This document shows positions 10,495 through 21,225 of a stretch of DNA of 64,000 nucleotides, piece after piece. The notes beneath the pieces were generated by a model. The model was not told the DNA's origin. It worked only from the letters and a program-made list of their open reading frames with translations, and made no database searches. Location of the stretch: positions 1,632,001 through 1,696,000 of the forward strand of contig OZ244048.1 in NCBI GenBank assembly GCA_965215265.1. Reading direction: 5' to 3'. The position numbers were made by a program, and so were the translations under genes. Source of the DNA: Candidatus Poribacteria bacterium (lineage in GTDB: Bacteria > Poribacteria > WGA-4E > WGA-3G). Within the stretch, counting starts at the first letter, position 1. Each line of letters starts with the position of its first letter.

Positions 10495-10551
10495 TTTTCG
10501 TCTCTCTCCGTACCATAAAGGTTTATATTTTGTTAATGCCTGTATAAATCC

Positions 10552-11760
10552 TCACAAAAATTGTTGATAGACGCCCATAATTTTTTGGTAATGAATGTCT
10601 GCATTAAACTCGGTTTCCATTTTCAGACGACCGGCGACTCCCATTTCTATTGCTTCGGTTTTATTTTCGTACATCCACAACAATTTTTCACGCAACGCCT
10701 CTGTTCCACCGGAGGGAACGAGAAAGCCATCAACACCATCCATAATTAACTCAGGAATCCCGCCAATGTCAGCACCGATGACCGGTTTCCCATACGCATA
10801 CGATTCTAAAACCGACATCGGACAATTTTCATACCATTCGGAGGGCAACAGTGTGCATAAACTATTCCGAATCAATTCACGGAGTTCATCACCCTGTTTA
10901 AATCCCAGCAGTTGAATATGAGTGCAGTCGTTCTGTCTTACGATTTTCTGAACTTCGGGCATCGCCTCGCCGTCACCGACAATATAGAGCGGTACCTCCT
11001 TCAATGGGGCCGCTGCTTCTATCAACGTCAAAATTCCTTTACTCCGATGCAACCGACCGAAATAGAGTAGGTAGTCTCCACCTATAAAACTCGGTGTGAT
11101 GTCCCTTACATCAACAAAGTTATGAACGGTCGAGATTTTCGCCTGAGGAATGCCATGTGCAATCATTTTCTTTCGCAAGAAGTGCGACACGGAGATGAAA
11201 TGGTCAAATTTATCAACTGCCCCCAGCATGCGTGAGAAATAAGCTTCTGTAACGCTTAGTGCTGTACGCGCGAATGAATTCCTGTTACACCGCTTCGGAA
11301 GTGCACGCCAAAAGTGTTTGCCGGCACATGCCTCGCAAATCTCATCGTTCGACAGATGACTATAGACAGGACATGTCAATTTATACTCGTGCAATGTCTG
11401 AATCAGTGGAATACCTGCTTTTTTGAGAACCCCCAAAATTGAGGCGGTGATTTTACCATAGTAGATATGAAAATGTGCAATATTCACGTCGGTGTCATCT
11501 AATAGCCGTCGCATCGATTTAACCGCCTCGCCTGAGTATAAAAACCGGATGGGATCGCCCACCCCTGGATGCTCAAAATCAGCCCCGCGTGGAAAATAGC
11601 GAGACCACTCTGTCGGTTCGTTTGCCGGACTAGAGGCTGTAAACGGAACAACGCGGTGCCCATGCTTTTGCAACAAATCTGCCATCGTAAAAAAGTACCG
11701 GTCAGAACCGCCACGGATATGGTAGTTTTGTGAAACATTCAGAATTGTCAGCATAGGCAT
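10552..11760 (-). CDS. Glycosyltransferase family 4 (GT-B)
   Basis: YFGRLHRSKG, PSEWYENCPMSVLES, IGGIPE; start placed after the GGAG RBS. Confidence 0.92.
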   Translation of the reverse strand: MPMLTILNVSQNYHIRGGSDRYFFTMADLLQKHGHRVVPFTASSPANEPTEWSRYFPRGADFEHPGVGDPIRFLYSGEAVKSMRRLLDDTDVNIAHFHIYYGKITASILGVLKKAGIPLIQTLHEYKLTCPVYSHLSNDEICEACAGKHFWRALPKRCNRNSFARTALSVTEAYFSRMLGAVDKFDHFISVSHFLRKKMIAHGIPQAKISTVHNFVDVRDITPSFIGGDYLLYFGRLHRSKGILTLIEAAAPLKEVPLYIVGDGEAMPEVQKIVRQNDCTHIQLLGFKQGDELRELIRNSLCTLLPSEWYENCPMSVLESYAYGKPVIGADIGGIPELIMDGVDGFLVPSGGTEALREKLLWMYENKTEAIEMGVAGRLKMETEFNADIHYQKIMGVYQQFL

Positions 11761-11787
11761 ATTCGTATATCTCCGTCCCATCAACGC

Positions 11788-11949
11788 TTTTTCGTCTATT
11801 GGAGCCCTATCAAGGCGTAGGTATTGCTAAATCTTGTGTACATCTCGTCGGAGCCGCTTTATGTTTAGAATCATAGCATAAGAAAGCTCTGACGAGATGT
11901 ACATCGGAGTTAACAAAACATAAACATGATAGGGCACCTGTATACGAAC
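11788..11949. repeat. Family A full palindromic element
   Basis: TTTTCGTCTA...ACATCTCGTCGGAG...GAATC...CTCTGACGAGATGT...TATACGAA. Confidence 0.85.
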
Positions 11950-11964
11950 ATTCTCTGTGTTGTA

Positions 11965-12915
11965 TCACTTTCGCGGTCCAGCATCCGCGATGCGTGCATC
12001 AGCAATTGGCTGATAATAGACTTTGCCGACCTGTTTATTAAACACCGCCGGGTCTGCAGCATCCAAAATTACTGCACCTATTTGCTCTTCAGCGACGGAA
12101 CCCCACCAATTATTGGAGGCGTACAAGTCGAATTTGACATTCAGTTTGAGTGAATGAATATTGCCGTTGAGGTTATTGTATTGGATGATGGACTGCACAT
12201 TCTCACAGAAAATTCCGATTTCGTTTCTACCAAAGGTATTTCTCTCAATTTTGGGACGCGTCTGGCGGCCGATGGTGCGAATCCCAATATTATTGTCAAA
12301 AAAATCGTTGTGCACTATCTCCGCATCGCTGCCATCTAAAGCAATCGCTGTTTGATTCAGATGGAATGTGCAATCAGACACAGTAGGGGATGTCGTTTTG
12401 ATATCCAAACCGACTGTTGCATACGCAAGATTAACGCCTCGGAGGAAGCTATCATGTCCATGGGTATGGTCAAACAAGATACCGTGCCAATCGCCGGAGC
12501 GCGGTATGGTGTTATCCGATGTCAGCACAACTTCTTCGTCTCCTGCTGCTTCCACATCACTTCCGACCTTTAGCACACCCCTTACCGTTACGAGGGCATC
12601 ATCTCCAAATTTAACAAGGGTCCCCGGAAGAATTTCAAGAGTTATGCCGGGCGGAATTTCCAACGTTCCGTGCACGATGTAAGTGTTATCCGGGCCCCAA
12701 CTCTCGTCTGATGCAAGTTGCACGTCTCGGTGGACCACGCCCGTGCTCGCTTCCGTAGGCGGAGTAATAGGAGTAGGTTCGTCACATCCGCTCAGAGTTA
12801 GGAAAACACCGAAAATTAATAGCACTCCGTTTATGCCCCGCTCAAAAGAACGCAAGGCATCAGTACTCGCGCTTCGACATAAACATATAATTCGTAAATC
12901 TCGCTGAATCTTCAT
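11965..12915 (-). CDS. Right-handed parallel beta-helix lipoprotein
   Basis: Lipobox LSGC; LEILPGTLVKF, GDWHGI, repeated N-x-I-G-I strands, NNWWG; true start uncertain. Confidence 0.75.
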   Translation of the reverse strand: MKIQRDLRIICLCRSASTDALRSFERGINGVLLIFGVFLTLSGCDEPTPITPPTEASTGVVHRDVQLASDESWGPDNTYIVHGTLEIPPGITLEILPGTLVKFGDDALVTVRGVLKVGSDVEAAGDEEVVLTSDNTIPRSGDWHGILFDHTHGHDSFLRGVNLAYATVGLDIKTTSPTVSDCTFHLNQTAIALDGSDAEIVHNDFFDNNIGIRTIGRQTRPKIERNTFGRNEIGIFCENVQSIIQYNNLNGNIHSLKLNVKFDLYASNNWWGSVAEEQIGAVILDAADPAVFNKQVGKVYYQPIADARIADAGPRK

Positions 12916-12954
12916 TTACCAAGTCTGTTGTGATTGACCCCTATTTTCATCAGA

Positions 12955-13240
12955 TTTTTTGTCTTTTCGTATATCTCCGTACCATCAATGCGTTATGTAT
13001 TGTTAATCACTGTGTAGCTCTCGTCGGAGGTTCCTTAGGTAATGAATCAATACATCGTTTGTATTGTTTCAGTATAGTTTACCTTCTGTCTTGAATTTTG
13101 TCAAGTTTTCACGTCTTTTGTATATCTCCGTACCATAAAGGCTTATGTTGTGTTAAATCCGCTGTAGCTCTCGCCAGAGATTACTTAGGTAATGTCTTTT
13201 AAAGTCAAAACATCGAAGGGCTCTGACGAGATTTGTTTTA
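12955..13240. repeat. Two partial family A elements
   Basis: TTTTCGTATATCTCCGTACCATCAA...CTCGTCGGAGG and TTTTGTATATCTCCGTACCATAAAG...CTCTGACGAGATTT. Confidence 0.8.
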
Positions 13241-13310
13241 AATGCAATAATATGTTAAAATAACGATAATGTATTTTTAAAGTAACAAGCTCAGACAGGA
13301 ATTCCAAAAA

Positions 13311-14801
13311 ATGTCTTCGGAATATGGCGAATCTGCAAATTTCACGCTAAAACCGCAATATCCTGGTCCCAATCTTGAGATGCTTGAGGCACAAGCAAGA
13401 GTTTGCACGGGTCCACACCAGACGCGCCCGTTAGGCACAAATCCTTCTGATTTTCCTCAACCGGAACCTCTGCTTGAAACCGTCCTAAAATCGATAGACG
13501 GAAGGTTACCGAGAGAGGACACTGTGTCAGCAGCGCAGATGGGCGCGTTTTTTACCGCTATGACACTCCGAAACTATTTTCCTGAAGCGACACAGTGGAG
13601 TCAAGCCGAACGCGACGCATTTCATCAGTATGGTTCGCTGCTGGAAGCCCAACTCCCGCCAGAAATTCGCTTCCTTATAAAACCTGAAACGGGCTACGTA
13701 CCGAAAAATCAAACAGAAGCAGTTGTTGTCACAGCTCTGGAAAAGATTTTAAGAGGTAAACATTTAAACTATGCGGAAACTCGGCAGATGTGTACTGCCA
13801 TTCTCAGTGACGATGTCAAACCGGCTCTTAAAGCCGCTGCACTTATTGGGCAGCGGATGAATCGCGAGACGTATGAGGAGGTAGGCGGCTACCTTGATGC
13901 GTTTTTCGAGCCTGAAACCGTGAGTCCTATCGCTGTAGATTCGCTCACGCATTTTGGGCAGCCTTACGATGGGGCAACACGTTATTTTCGGCCGACGCTG
14001 TTTGTAGCGGCAGTGCGTGCCGCGCTTGGAGAACCATCAGTACTACACGGTGTTGATGAAATGCCACCTAAAAACGGCGTAACCGAAGAAGCCGTTTTGA
14101 AGGCACTCGGGGCGAATACTGACCTATCAATTGAGCAAACTGCAGCATGCATCGTCGATAAAACAGTCCGCTTTGGGTACATAAGCCAACGTCAATATTC
14201 ACCGCCTGCATACGGTTTACGGGAATTGCGGGTGCATATAAAAAAACGCCCGCCTTGGGCAGCTACAGAAAAGGCACTACAATTCTTTTCTGCCACATCT
14301 AACTATATAGTTATAGGCTACTACCATATCGGTTATGAAAAGCCGCTCCTGCAATTGGCTTGGGATCGTGGATTTCAGGGGGCAGTTGCTGTCAAAGGTG
14401 AGGAAGGCACGAGCCATTATGCCCTACGTCTCGGAAAGCCTTCTACTTCTGGCAGGATGGCGATTAATTACTCGCAAGGGTTCCGACGCGTCAACGGAGA
14501 ACGCGAAGATTTTGCTTTGGATATTAATCCGGCAGACTACAGTTTTGACTATGCCCGAAGCCCACGGCCAGATACTGTCAGTGCAAATGCCTTTGCTGAA
14601 GCAGGGATAGCTGCTCTCTCCGGCCAGCGAGGGCACATCTACGACAGGATTGTCCTCAACACAGCGATGGTAGATTATCTGTTAAGGCTGTGTTCAAATC
14701 CCCACGATGCCATCCAGCGCACCCAAGCGGCAATAGATAACGGGAGTGCTTTAAAACATCTCAAGGCTTATATTGCCGCTAGCTTAGATGTATCCGGTTG
14801 A
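13311..14801 (+). CDS. Anthranilate phosphoribosyltransferase-like protein (glycosyl transferase family 3, YbiB-like)
   Basis: AQMGAFF, QPYDG, LHGVDEMPPKNG, VKGEEG motifs; lacks canonical TrpD GTGGD. Confidence 0.7.
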   Translation: MSSEYGESANFTLKPQYPGPNLEMLEAQARVCTGPHQTRPLGTNPSDFPQPEPLLETVLKSIDGRLPREDTVSAAQMGAFFTAMTLRNYFPEATQWSQAERDAFHQYGSLLEAQLPPEIRFLIKPETGYVPKNQTEAVVVTALEKILRGKHLNYAETRQMCTAILSDDVKPALKAAALIGQRMNRETYEEVGGYLDAFFEPETVSPIAVDSLTHFGQPYDGATRYFRPTLFVAAVRAALGEPSVLHGVDEMPPKNGVTEEAVLKALGANTDLSIEQTAACIVDKTVRFGYISQRQYSPPAYGLRELRVHIKKRPPWAATEKALQFFSATSNYIVIGYYHIGYEKPLLQLAWDRGFQGAVAVKGEEGTSHYALRLGKPSTSGRMAINYSQGFRRVNGEREDFALDINPADYSFDYARSPRPDTVSANAFAEAGIAALSGQRGHIYDRIVLNTAMVDYLLRLCSNPHDAIQRTQAAIDNGSALKHLKAYIAASLDVSG

Positions 14802-15926
14802 GCCGTCCGGACGAATAGGACACGTCCGTTGCCAATGGATGTATTCATTACCTGTAATTGCTGATTCATTTATCTCAACACCCAACCCGGGACGGTCGCG
14901 CAATTCCAGATACCCATTTTTCGGAAGATACGGTTCCTCCACCCACGTGTTCCATTCAGTCTCAGTGGGCAGCAGATATTCTAGGATTTTGAAATTCGGT
15001 GTCGCAGCCGCAAAATGGACGTTCACAGCCGTTGCGAGCGGCCCCATCGGATTGTGTGGTGCAACGCTGACGTAGTGCGCTTCTGCAATCGCGGCGATTT
15101 TTCGCATCTCTAACAAACCGCCACAGACACAGATATCTGGTTGAATGATGTCTGCCCCTTGGACGGACATGAGGTCCAGAAATTCAAACCGTGTATAGAG
15201 TGATTCCCCCGTTGCGAGTGGGACTTGCATCTGTGCTCGCAACCGTCGCCACGCCTGCATATTTTCCGGGCGAAGCGGCTCTTCATAGAAATAAGGATCG
15301 TACGGTGCCAAGGCATTTGCAAGTTGAAGTGCACGTATCGGCTCAAAAATTTTAGCGTGCGGGTCAAACGCGAACTCCCAGTCTTCAGGCGTGTTCTGAC
15401 GGAGCTGTTCAAAGTAGGTTGTGGCAGCAGCACAGACACGTCCCCACCGGTCTGCATCCGGATTGAGTTGATACGGGCTCGTCTTGAAAGCAGTGAACCC
15501 CCACTCTTCGTGAAGTTTCCGTGCCTGATCTGCTGCTTCTATGCCGTCTCTACCACCTATGCCGCGGTAAACCCGGATCCGGTCACGTGCATGTCCACCC
15601 AGAAGCATGTAAACAGGCACACCTGCCGCCTTACCGCTGATGTCCCACAAAGCGTGATCCACGGCAGAGATGACTGCCAGCCCTGCACCACCAGGCGGAA
15701 AACGGAACTGTTGGTGCAGCTTCATCATGATATATTCAATCCGTCGCGGATCTTCGCCTTGAATCATCTCAAAGATATAATCAGCAATTGGCTCTACTGA
15801 GAGATCCGGGCCCGTTGAATATGCTTCCCCCCATCCATACAGCCCTTCATCCGTTTCAATTTTGATGAGCCCGCGCGGACGGTTGCCGAAACGTGCCATA
15901 AAGGTTTTGATAGCGGTAATTTTCAT
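14784..15926 (-). CDS. Mandelate racemase/galactonate dehydratase family enolase
   Basis: MKITAIKTF, GWGEA, ALWDISGK, YEEP, ATGE, QPD, HNP motifs. Confidence 0.9.
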   Translation of the reverse strand: MKITAIKTFMARFGNRPRGLIKIETDEGLYGWGEAYSTGPDLSVEPIADYIFEMIQGEDPRRIEYIMMKLHQQFRFPPGGAGLAVISAVDHALWDISGKAAGVPVYMLLGGHARDRIRVYRGIGGRDGIEAADQARKLHEEWGFTAFKTSPYQLNPDADRWGRVCAAATTYFEQLRQNTPEDWEFAFDPHAKIFEPIRALQLANALAPYDPYFYEEPLRPENMQAWRRLRAQMQVPLATGESLYTRFEFLDLMSVQGADIIQPDICVCGGLLEMRKIAAIAEAHYVSVAPHNPMGPLATAVNVHFAAATPNFKILEYLLPTETEWNTWVEEPYLPKNGYLELRDRPGLGVEINESAITGNEYIHWQRTCPIRPDGSTGYI

Positions 15927-15990
15927 AGTTTTGCTCTCAAGTTTTAGATTCGCTTGCCTGCACAAACTTTTCAAGAAGAAGTCGTCAGGA

Positions 15991-18474
15991 TTATTCTTTA
16001 GGCATATTCTCACGCCCCGGTGTCATTGCCACTTGCCTGAGCGTGCCCGTCCCATTCGGCCATCTGCCGAATGCCGCATTTTTCTCTTGTTTGGTAAATG
16101 TAACCTTATCAAGTACCTGATTGCCCCTCTCGTCTGAATCCACTAACATGACGGTCTCGCCGTTTCGGGAAAGTTTGAAGTTGGCATGTAGCCCGTCTGG
16201 TGCCTTGACATCTTCATCTAACCACACAATCAGATATCCATGGGCAGGGATCTTCGTGTCATCAGGAAACGCCCACTTCTTAAGATTATCCGTTTTGTCG
16301 GTAAGGTACATCCCTGTAAGAAGTACAGCATCATTCGTCAGGTTGTGCAGTTCAAGCCAATCCTCGTGCTGTCCCTGCGGGTCGGTGATACTCTTCGTGT
16401 TATCTGCCATCAGTTCGTTAATGACGACCGGTGTGTCTTTCGCAATAGCTGCCCGGACTTGATAACGCGCTGCACCGAACTCCGCGCGTGCGGGCGAAAA
16501 GGCAGTCGTTCCGTGCGTGTCCACAGCGTTTGCCTCAATGTAATAGTATACGGTTGTACCCGCCGGAAAAGCCGGAATTTCACCTACAAAGCTGCTGCCT
16601 TTTCCACGTGCCATTGTGATATGATTAAAGAGGCCATGCCGGTCGGTACCATAATACAATAGGACTGAATCTACCGCAACAGATTTATCTAGTACCGCTT
16701 CAACCGCCACGGGATGATTAGCGACCGGTGCTTCGGGCTTGGACACCGAAATAATCTTCGGAGTTGGCTTGTTCAACTCTGAATGATTAAGCAAATAGGT
16801 CTGCCTTTGGGTTATAAAACTCTTGAGGCTGGAGGCACCGCCGCCGCCCCTGTTCTCGCTCATTCCACTTCCAAAACTCTCATCGGCAGTACTGGCGACG
16901 AAGTCTTGATAGTTGTAAAGTTTCTTATCATCTTGTTGAACCTCAGCATCAATGAGAGTCTGATACCGCTCGATAACGGGTTCTATAACGTCCCAACTGA
17001 GCCATTCATCAATGACGGTACGGACATGCGCGAGATAGCGGGCGCGCCATTGCGGGTGTGAAAGCAGGCGGTTAATCACCGGGCGTTCTGGATTCCCTGC
17101 ATGTGTAATCGGCGATGCCATACCACCGGTCACATCGCCCCAACTCCAGCCCATGCGGCCACGCCCACCGCCTCTGGCAAACCTGAAACTCTCGTTGTTG
17201 TCGTGCGGTATCAAGTGGAACATACCTTTGACATCTTGATAAAGCGCATAATCCCCACCTTTGTGGATGTACCCATCGTCATCCATAAAAACGTTTGAAA
17301 CGGCAAGCTGCCACAGTGCCCGGTCGATGTTAAATAGCACAGGTAGTTTTGCCTCAAGCTCTGCATTGGAAGTTGACTCATCAAGCAATTTACAGAGTGC
17401 GATAAAGTCTGTCCACACATCTTCGACACCCTTCGTTTTGAGTTGGTAGGCTTCTCGATACGCCTCCGCATCGTCTCCTAAATAAACAAGCGTACCGCGG
17501 CCGGGCCCCACTTTCCAACGGATTCCCGCTTTCGTGTCAAACCACTCCGCTAGAAAATCCTTATTGTATTGCTGAAGGTTAATATAGACACCCCAATTTT
17601 CACCGTTGATAACCAATTTGACAAGGTTAGTTTTCATCGCTGGGATGTAATGCCGTGCAATATGATTGTAAATAACCTCACGTAGGAAAGAGGCATCGAC
17701 ATGCCCATTCAGCAAATTTAAAGTCTTGTAACCGTAAAGGCGTTGCCCATCATTCCCGTAGTCAATAGCGATGTTGAAGGACTTTTTCTCTGATTCTACG
17801 GTAAAGTACGAAGAGGAACCGCGGAAGTGAACGCCTACCTCCGGATAAATCTTACCGTCAACAACTAAATCTGCCGGGACCTCAACATCGGTACGATAAA
17901 AAGCATTCAGTTGTTCATACCAATCTTCATCGTGGAAGCGTAGGTACAGCGTACGGAGTGTATCGGCAGCATAGAGCGACGGCGAACCTGTAGGTGTAGC
18001 AGCCAGACTTGCCTCTACATCGCTTTGAATATCACCCTGTGCATTCGCGGGTGTCATCCGTGAGAATTTTCTATCGTGGCGAGTTTCCAAAACGGCTTTT
18101 CGTTCGTTACCGGTTAGTTTTCCGTCTTTGTCCCTATCAAACCGTTCAACCAATTTCTCTGGAGCCCCCGGGCCGCGTATGCCCCCGCGTCCGCCAAAAC
18201 CGCGCGGCGGTTCACGTCTCACGCTCTCTCTTTCCACCATCAGGTTACGGTACACTGTTTTAATCTCTTCAGAACCGAGTTTATCACCGGTGAAAGCCTC
18301 TAAACCGGTAACCTGAAGCATCAGTTCATGTTCTTCAGAATTCAAGATCCCGTTCCCATCCATATCAAATCGCTTTTCCTCCTCCGAGAGCTTCGCGTCC
18401 TGTTGTGCATTTGCATACATGACCGCACTAACAATTAGAACGAGGCAGGTAATGAGTTTTACGTATTTCATCAA
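15991..18474 (-). CDS. Secreted CotH-family kinase with EF-hand-like and lamin-tail (LTD) domains
   Basis: Signal peptide; DMDGNG and DRDKDG loops; VHFRGSSS, KKSFNI, IPHDNNE; C-terminal VVINELMADN...DWLELHN. Confidence 0.85.
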   Translation of the reverse strand: MMKYVKLITCLVLIVSAVMYANAQQDAKLSEEEKRFDMDGNGILNSEEHELMLQVTGLEAFTGDKLGSEEIKTVYRNLMVERESVRREPPRGFGGRGGIRGPGAPEKLVERFDRDKDGKLTGNERKAVLETRHDRKFSRMTPANAQGDIQSDVEASLAATPTGSPSLYAADTLRTLYLRFHDEDWYEQLNAFYRTDVEVPADLVVDGKIYPEVGVHFRGSSSYFTVESEKKSFNIAIDYGNDGQRLYGYKTLNLLNGHVDASFLREVIYNHIARHYIPAMKTNLVKLVINGENWGVYINLQQYNKDFLAEWFDTKAGIRWKVGPGRGTLVYLGDDAEAYREAYQLKTKGVEDVWTDFIALCKLLDESTSNAELEAKLPVLFNIDRALWQLAVSNVFMDDDGYIHKGGDYALYQDVKGMFHLIPHDNNESFRFARGGGRGRMGWSWGDVTGGMASPITHAGNPERPVINRLLSHPQWRARYLAHVRTVIDEWLSWDVIEPVIERYQTLIDAEVQQDDKKLYNYQDFVASTADESFGSGMSENRGGGGASSLKSFITQRQTYLLNHSELNKPTPKIISVSKPEAPVANHPVAVEAVLDKSVAVDSVLLYYGTDRHGLFNHITMARGKGSSFVGEIPAFPAGTTVYYYIEANAVDTHGTTAFSPARAEFGAARYQVRAAIAKDTPVVINELMADNTKSITDPQGQHEDWLELHNLTNDAVLLTGMYLTDKTDNLKKWAFPDDTKIPAHGYLIVWLDEDVKAPDGLHANFKLSRNGETVMLVDSDERGNQVLDKVTFTKQEKNAAFGRWPNGTGTLRQVAMTPGRENMPKE

Positions 18475-18507
18475 ATTCTCCTTTAGTTTCTGTGATGTTT
18501 TTGCAGA

Positions 18508-19167
18508 CTATTCTTTATCCAGCTTAACCTCTGTGACACTCTCAATTTCCGAGAGCTCGTTAAAAAAGGCGATCCACGCTTGCGGACGTGCTAATTTAAC
18601 GCGGAATTTCAGTTCAACCAGACTCGATCTTTTAATTCGTTTTTCAAGCAAGCGCTCCGAAACCAGATGATTCTTGAAAACTTGGAGATACGCCGTTTCC
18701 GACTGCTGGTCGGTCGGCAAACAAAACTCAAGGCTAAATCCATTATCTTCCCCAAAACGTTGATGCCAATAGTGCATGCCAAGGATGATGGCACCGATCA
18801 GGAACGCGGCCAGAATCGCAACCGATGGATTCCCGGCACCCACTGCCATGCCAACCGCCAATGCGTAAAAGACGAAGCCGATATCGCGCGGGTCTTGGAT
18901 AGCAGTCCGGAAACGGATAATCGACAAGGCACCTACCAAGCTAAACGCACGAGCAATGCTATCTCCTATGATGACCATCACCACTGAAATCAGCATACAC
19001 AGGATGATGAGCGTATCTGTAAACGATTTTTGCGAGATTTTCGCGTGTGTCCACTGATAAATGTTAACAATAAAAATGCCTAACGCAAACGCGAGGAGCA
19101 ATCTGAGTGCATCAGCACCAAGCGTTATGAGCGGAGGCAGCGTTAAAAAATTGGATAAAAACTGCAT
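18508..19167 (-). CDS. DUF4956 family membrane protein
   Basis: AFSLVGALSIIRFRTAIQDPRD motif; family commonly adjacent to CotH genes. Confidence 0.85.
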   Translation of the reverse strand: MQFLSNFLTLPPLITLGADALRLLLAFALGIFIVNIYQWTHAKISQKSFTDTLIILCMLISVVMVIIGDSIARAFSLVGALSIIRFRTAIQDPRDIGFVFYALAVGMAVGAGNPSVAILAAFLIGAIILGMHYWHQRFGEDNGFSLEFCLPTDQQSETAYLQVFKNHLVSERLLEKRIKRSSLVELKFRVKLARPQAWIAFFNELSEIESVTEVKLDKE

Positions 19168-19351
19168 TCCGGTTCTTTATATGGTGATTCAATCGTGAAC
19201 GCCTGGCCTGAAACTACATGTAGACTTCCTTGGAGTTCTCTGAACTTATACGATGCTATGAATCAAAAATTTATGCTGATTATACCACAATTAGACAAAA
19301 TTGTGGGGAAAATGTTGAAAAATTATGACAGGAACTAAGTCGGAAGTCTAT

Positions 19352-19761
19352 TCATTCAAAAGAGAGTTGTGCCTCCGCGCCATATAGGACTATCCGGTCA
19401 ACCATCCCCAATGACGATGACAACACAATTCGAATCCCATCTGTGAAGAGTGGTGTCTGAATGATATACGGAGACTGACGCACCGGGGTTTTGGTCGCCT
19501 TAACAATGCGCCAATCATTTTCTTCCCGCCGGGCATAAACGGTCATGTTATTCAACGGTTCAATCGGATCGAAATAGATTTCAATCCGGCTGATTGATCG
19601 CTTTTCGGGAAGCAACCATTTCTGAATTGTTCCAATGCCGCTTTCGGACATTTCATAACTTTCTGTCATTCCGTATCTACCCGAACAGTGTTTTGAGCAG
19701 CTATAGAGAGACAACCGCACAGCACAAATGGCAACCAACCCAAGGCGAGATAGGTTCTCAT
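19352..19761 (-). pseudogene. Frameshifted secreted/lipoprotein gene
   Basis: Signal MRTYLALGWLPFVLCGC in one frame ends at GAA-TGA (~19667); body TESYEM... continues in another frame; one added G restores EWTESY. Confidence 0.55.
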
Positions 19762-20313
19762 CACGTTTTTTGTATGGTACAGCAGCGGTAAGGTGCTGAG
19801 GCAAGGCAATTTAGGAGTGCGTTTTTCGCGACATTGTGCCTCAACCTCTTTTAAAACTTTGTGTAACATTATGGTACCTCTGCATATTCTGCGTCCGGTA
19901 GGGTCGCGATACTGTAATCAAATAATTCGTCGCTCATTTTCTGATGCTCTTCACGTGCGTAGTGTTCTAATAGCGTCTTAGGACCGTGATTCTTAAAATC
20001 TCCAGGCTCAAAGCGTACCTCTAGACATTAAATTAGAACCGGAATTTCTCATTCCAAAGCAACATACAATATATTAGATTTGCTACACAATTAGACAAGG
20101 AGACTTACGGAAAGGTTCATGATTGGAGATAGCCGAGTGCCTTTACTGTTTCTGCTGAGTCACATCAGGCGAAAACGCGATTACCGAGGCCTAAGATTTT
20201 CCTCTTATGACTCCTTATGAAAACCCGGAATGTGCAGGAAATAGGGCAGCGTTCACCGCTTAAATCGGAAAACTTACTTGAATACCATTCGATTTTGCGG
20301 TATGATAAGGTGC

Positions 20314-21081
20314 ATGAATACCCTATTGCCGGATTATCCTCTCATCAAAAAGGTTATTCGACTGAAAAATAGAAATATTCAGTTAACCATGATAGAAGAA
20401 CCAGACTGGTTCCTGGAGCAACTCAGCCGAGAAGACAGTGAGGGTAGACTCTATTTGCCATATTGGACGTACCTCTGGGAGGCCTCCATCGGGTTGGCAC
20501 AGTACGTAGATACATTGGACAGGCAGATTTCAAAAAAGCAGATTCTGGAAATTGGATGCGGTTTTGGGCTTGCTGGTGTTGTCGCATGCCACGCAGGTGC
20601 AGAAGTCCTTTTCACAGATGCTGAATACGAGGCGTTGCAATTTGCTCGTTACAATGCACAACAGAACGGTGTTGGACACCGTGCCGCTTTCGTCCAAATG
20701 GATTGGAATACGCCATCCTTCCACGCCCAATATATAGAAGCGAACGTGTCGCTGACGCAATCATGCCAAACCGGCAAAAAATTCTCCTATATCCTCGCAT
20801 CTGATGTCATTTATGAAGAAGAACATTGGAATCCTATTTTGCGATTACTTCAGGATTATCTCTCTTCTAACGGCATTGCTCTCTTTTCTGAACCGAATCG
20901 AAATAACGCCCTAGGGTTTTTCGAGGCTATTTGCGATAACGGTTTCACCTATAAAAAAAGTACCTGCCTTGTTGAACTTAACGGAAATAAGACTACAGTT
21001 TGCATCTACACCGTAAAACGTGCGTCTGATTTGGCATACGCCAAACCTATCTTGCCTAAAAAAATAGAAACATCTTGCTGA
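20314..21081 (+). CDS. Class I SAM-dependent methyltransferase (METTL21/protein-lysine MTase-like)
   Basis: PYWTYLWEAS, LEIGCGFGLAG, FTD, ASDVIY. Confidence 0.85.
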   Translation: MNTLLPDYPLIKKVIRLKNRNIQLTMIEEPDWFLEQLSREDSEGRLYLPYWTYLWEASIGLAQYVDTLDRQISKKQILEIGCGFGLAGVVACHAGAEVLFTDAEYEALQFARYNAQQNGVGHRAAFVQMDWNTPSFHAQYIEANVSLTQSCQTGKKFSYILASDVIYEEEHWNPILRLLQDYLSSNGIALFSEPNRNNALGFFEAICDNGFTYKKSTCLVELNGNKTTVCIYTVKRASDLAYAKPILPKKIETSC

Positions 21082-21209
21082 AAAAATAGGCAATTTCGTG
21101 CACAACGAAGACAGATGGAACGTTTCATAGAGGATGCCACAGGTTTTTCGTTTCCTTGGGGCCTTGCACCGCTTAGCGTCGCCACTGAAGTACGCTTTTT
21201 CAATAGTTT

Positions 21210-21225
21210 TGGCAAGGTTCTTGCT
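21210..21225 (+). promoter_or_regulatory. Putative sigma-54 (-24/-12) promoter of the nitrate operon
   Basis: TGGCAAGGTTCTTGCT = GG-N10-GC about 100 bp upstream of nasT. Confidence 0.6.

Noticed and set aside
611-13240. Palindromes between genes as integron attC cassettes
   Set aside because: No integrase, no consistent RYYYAAC/GTTRRRY core sites, and the same elements lie between housekeeping genes and inside ORFs
14784-14801. Convergent 18-bp gene overlap
   Set aside because: Short 3' overlaps are common and carry no further signal here
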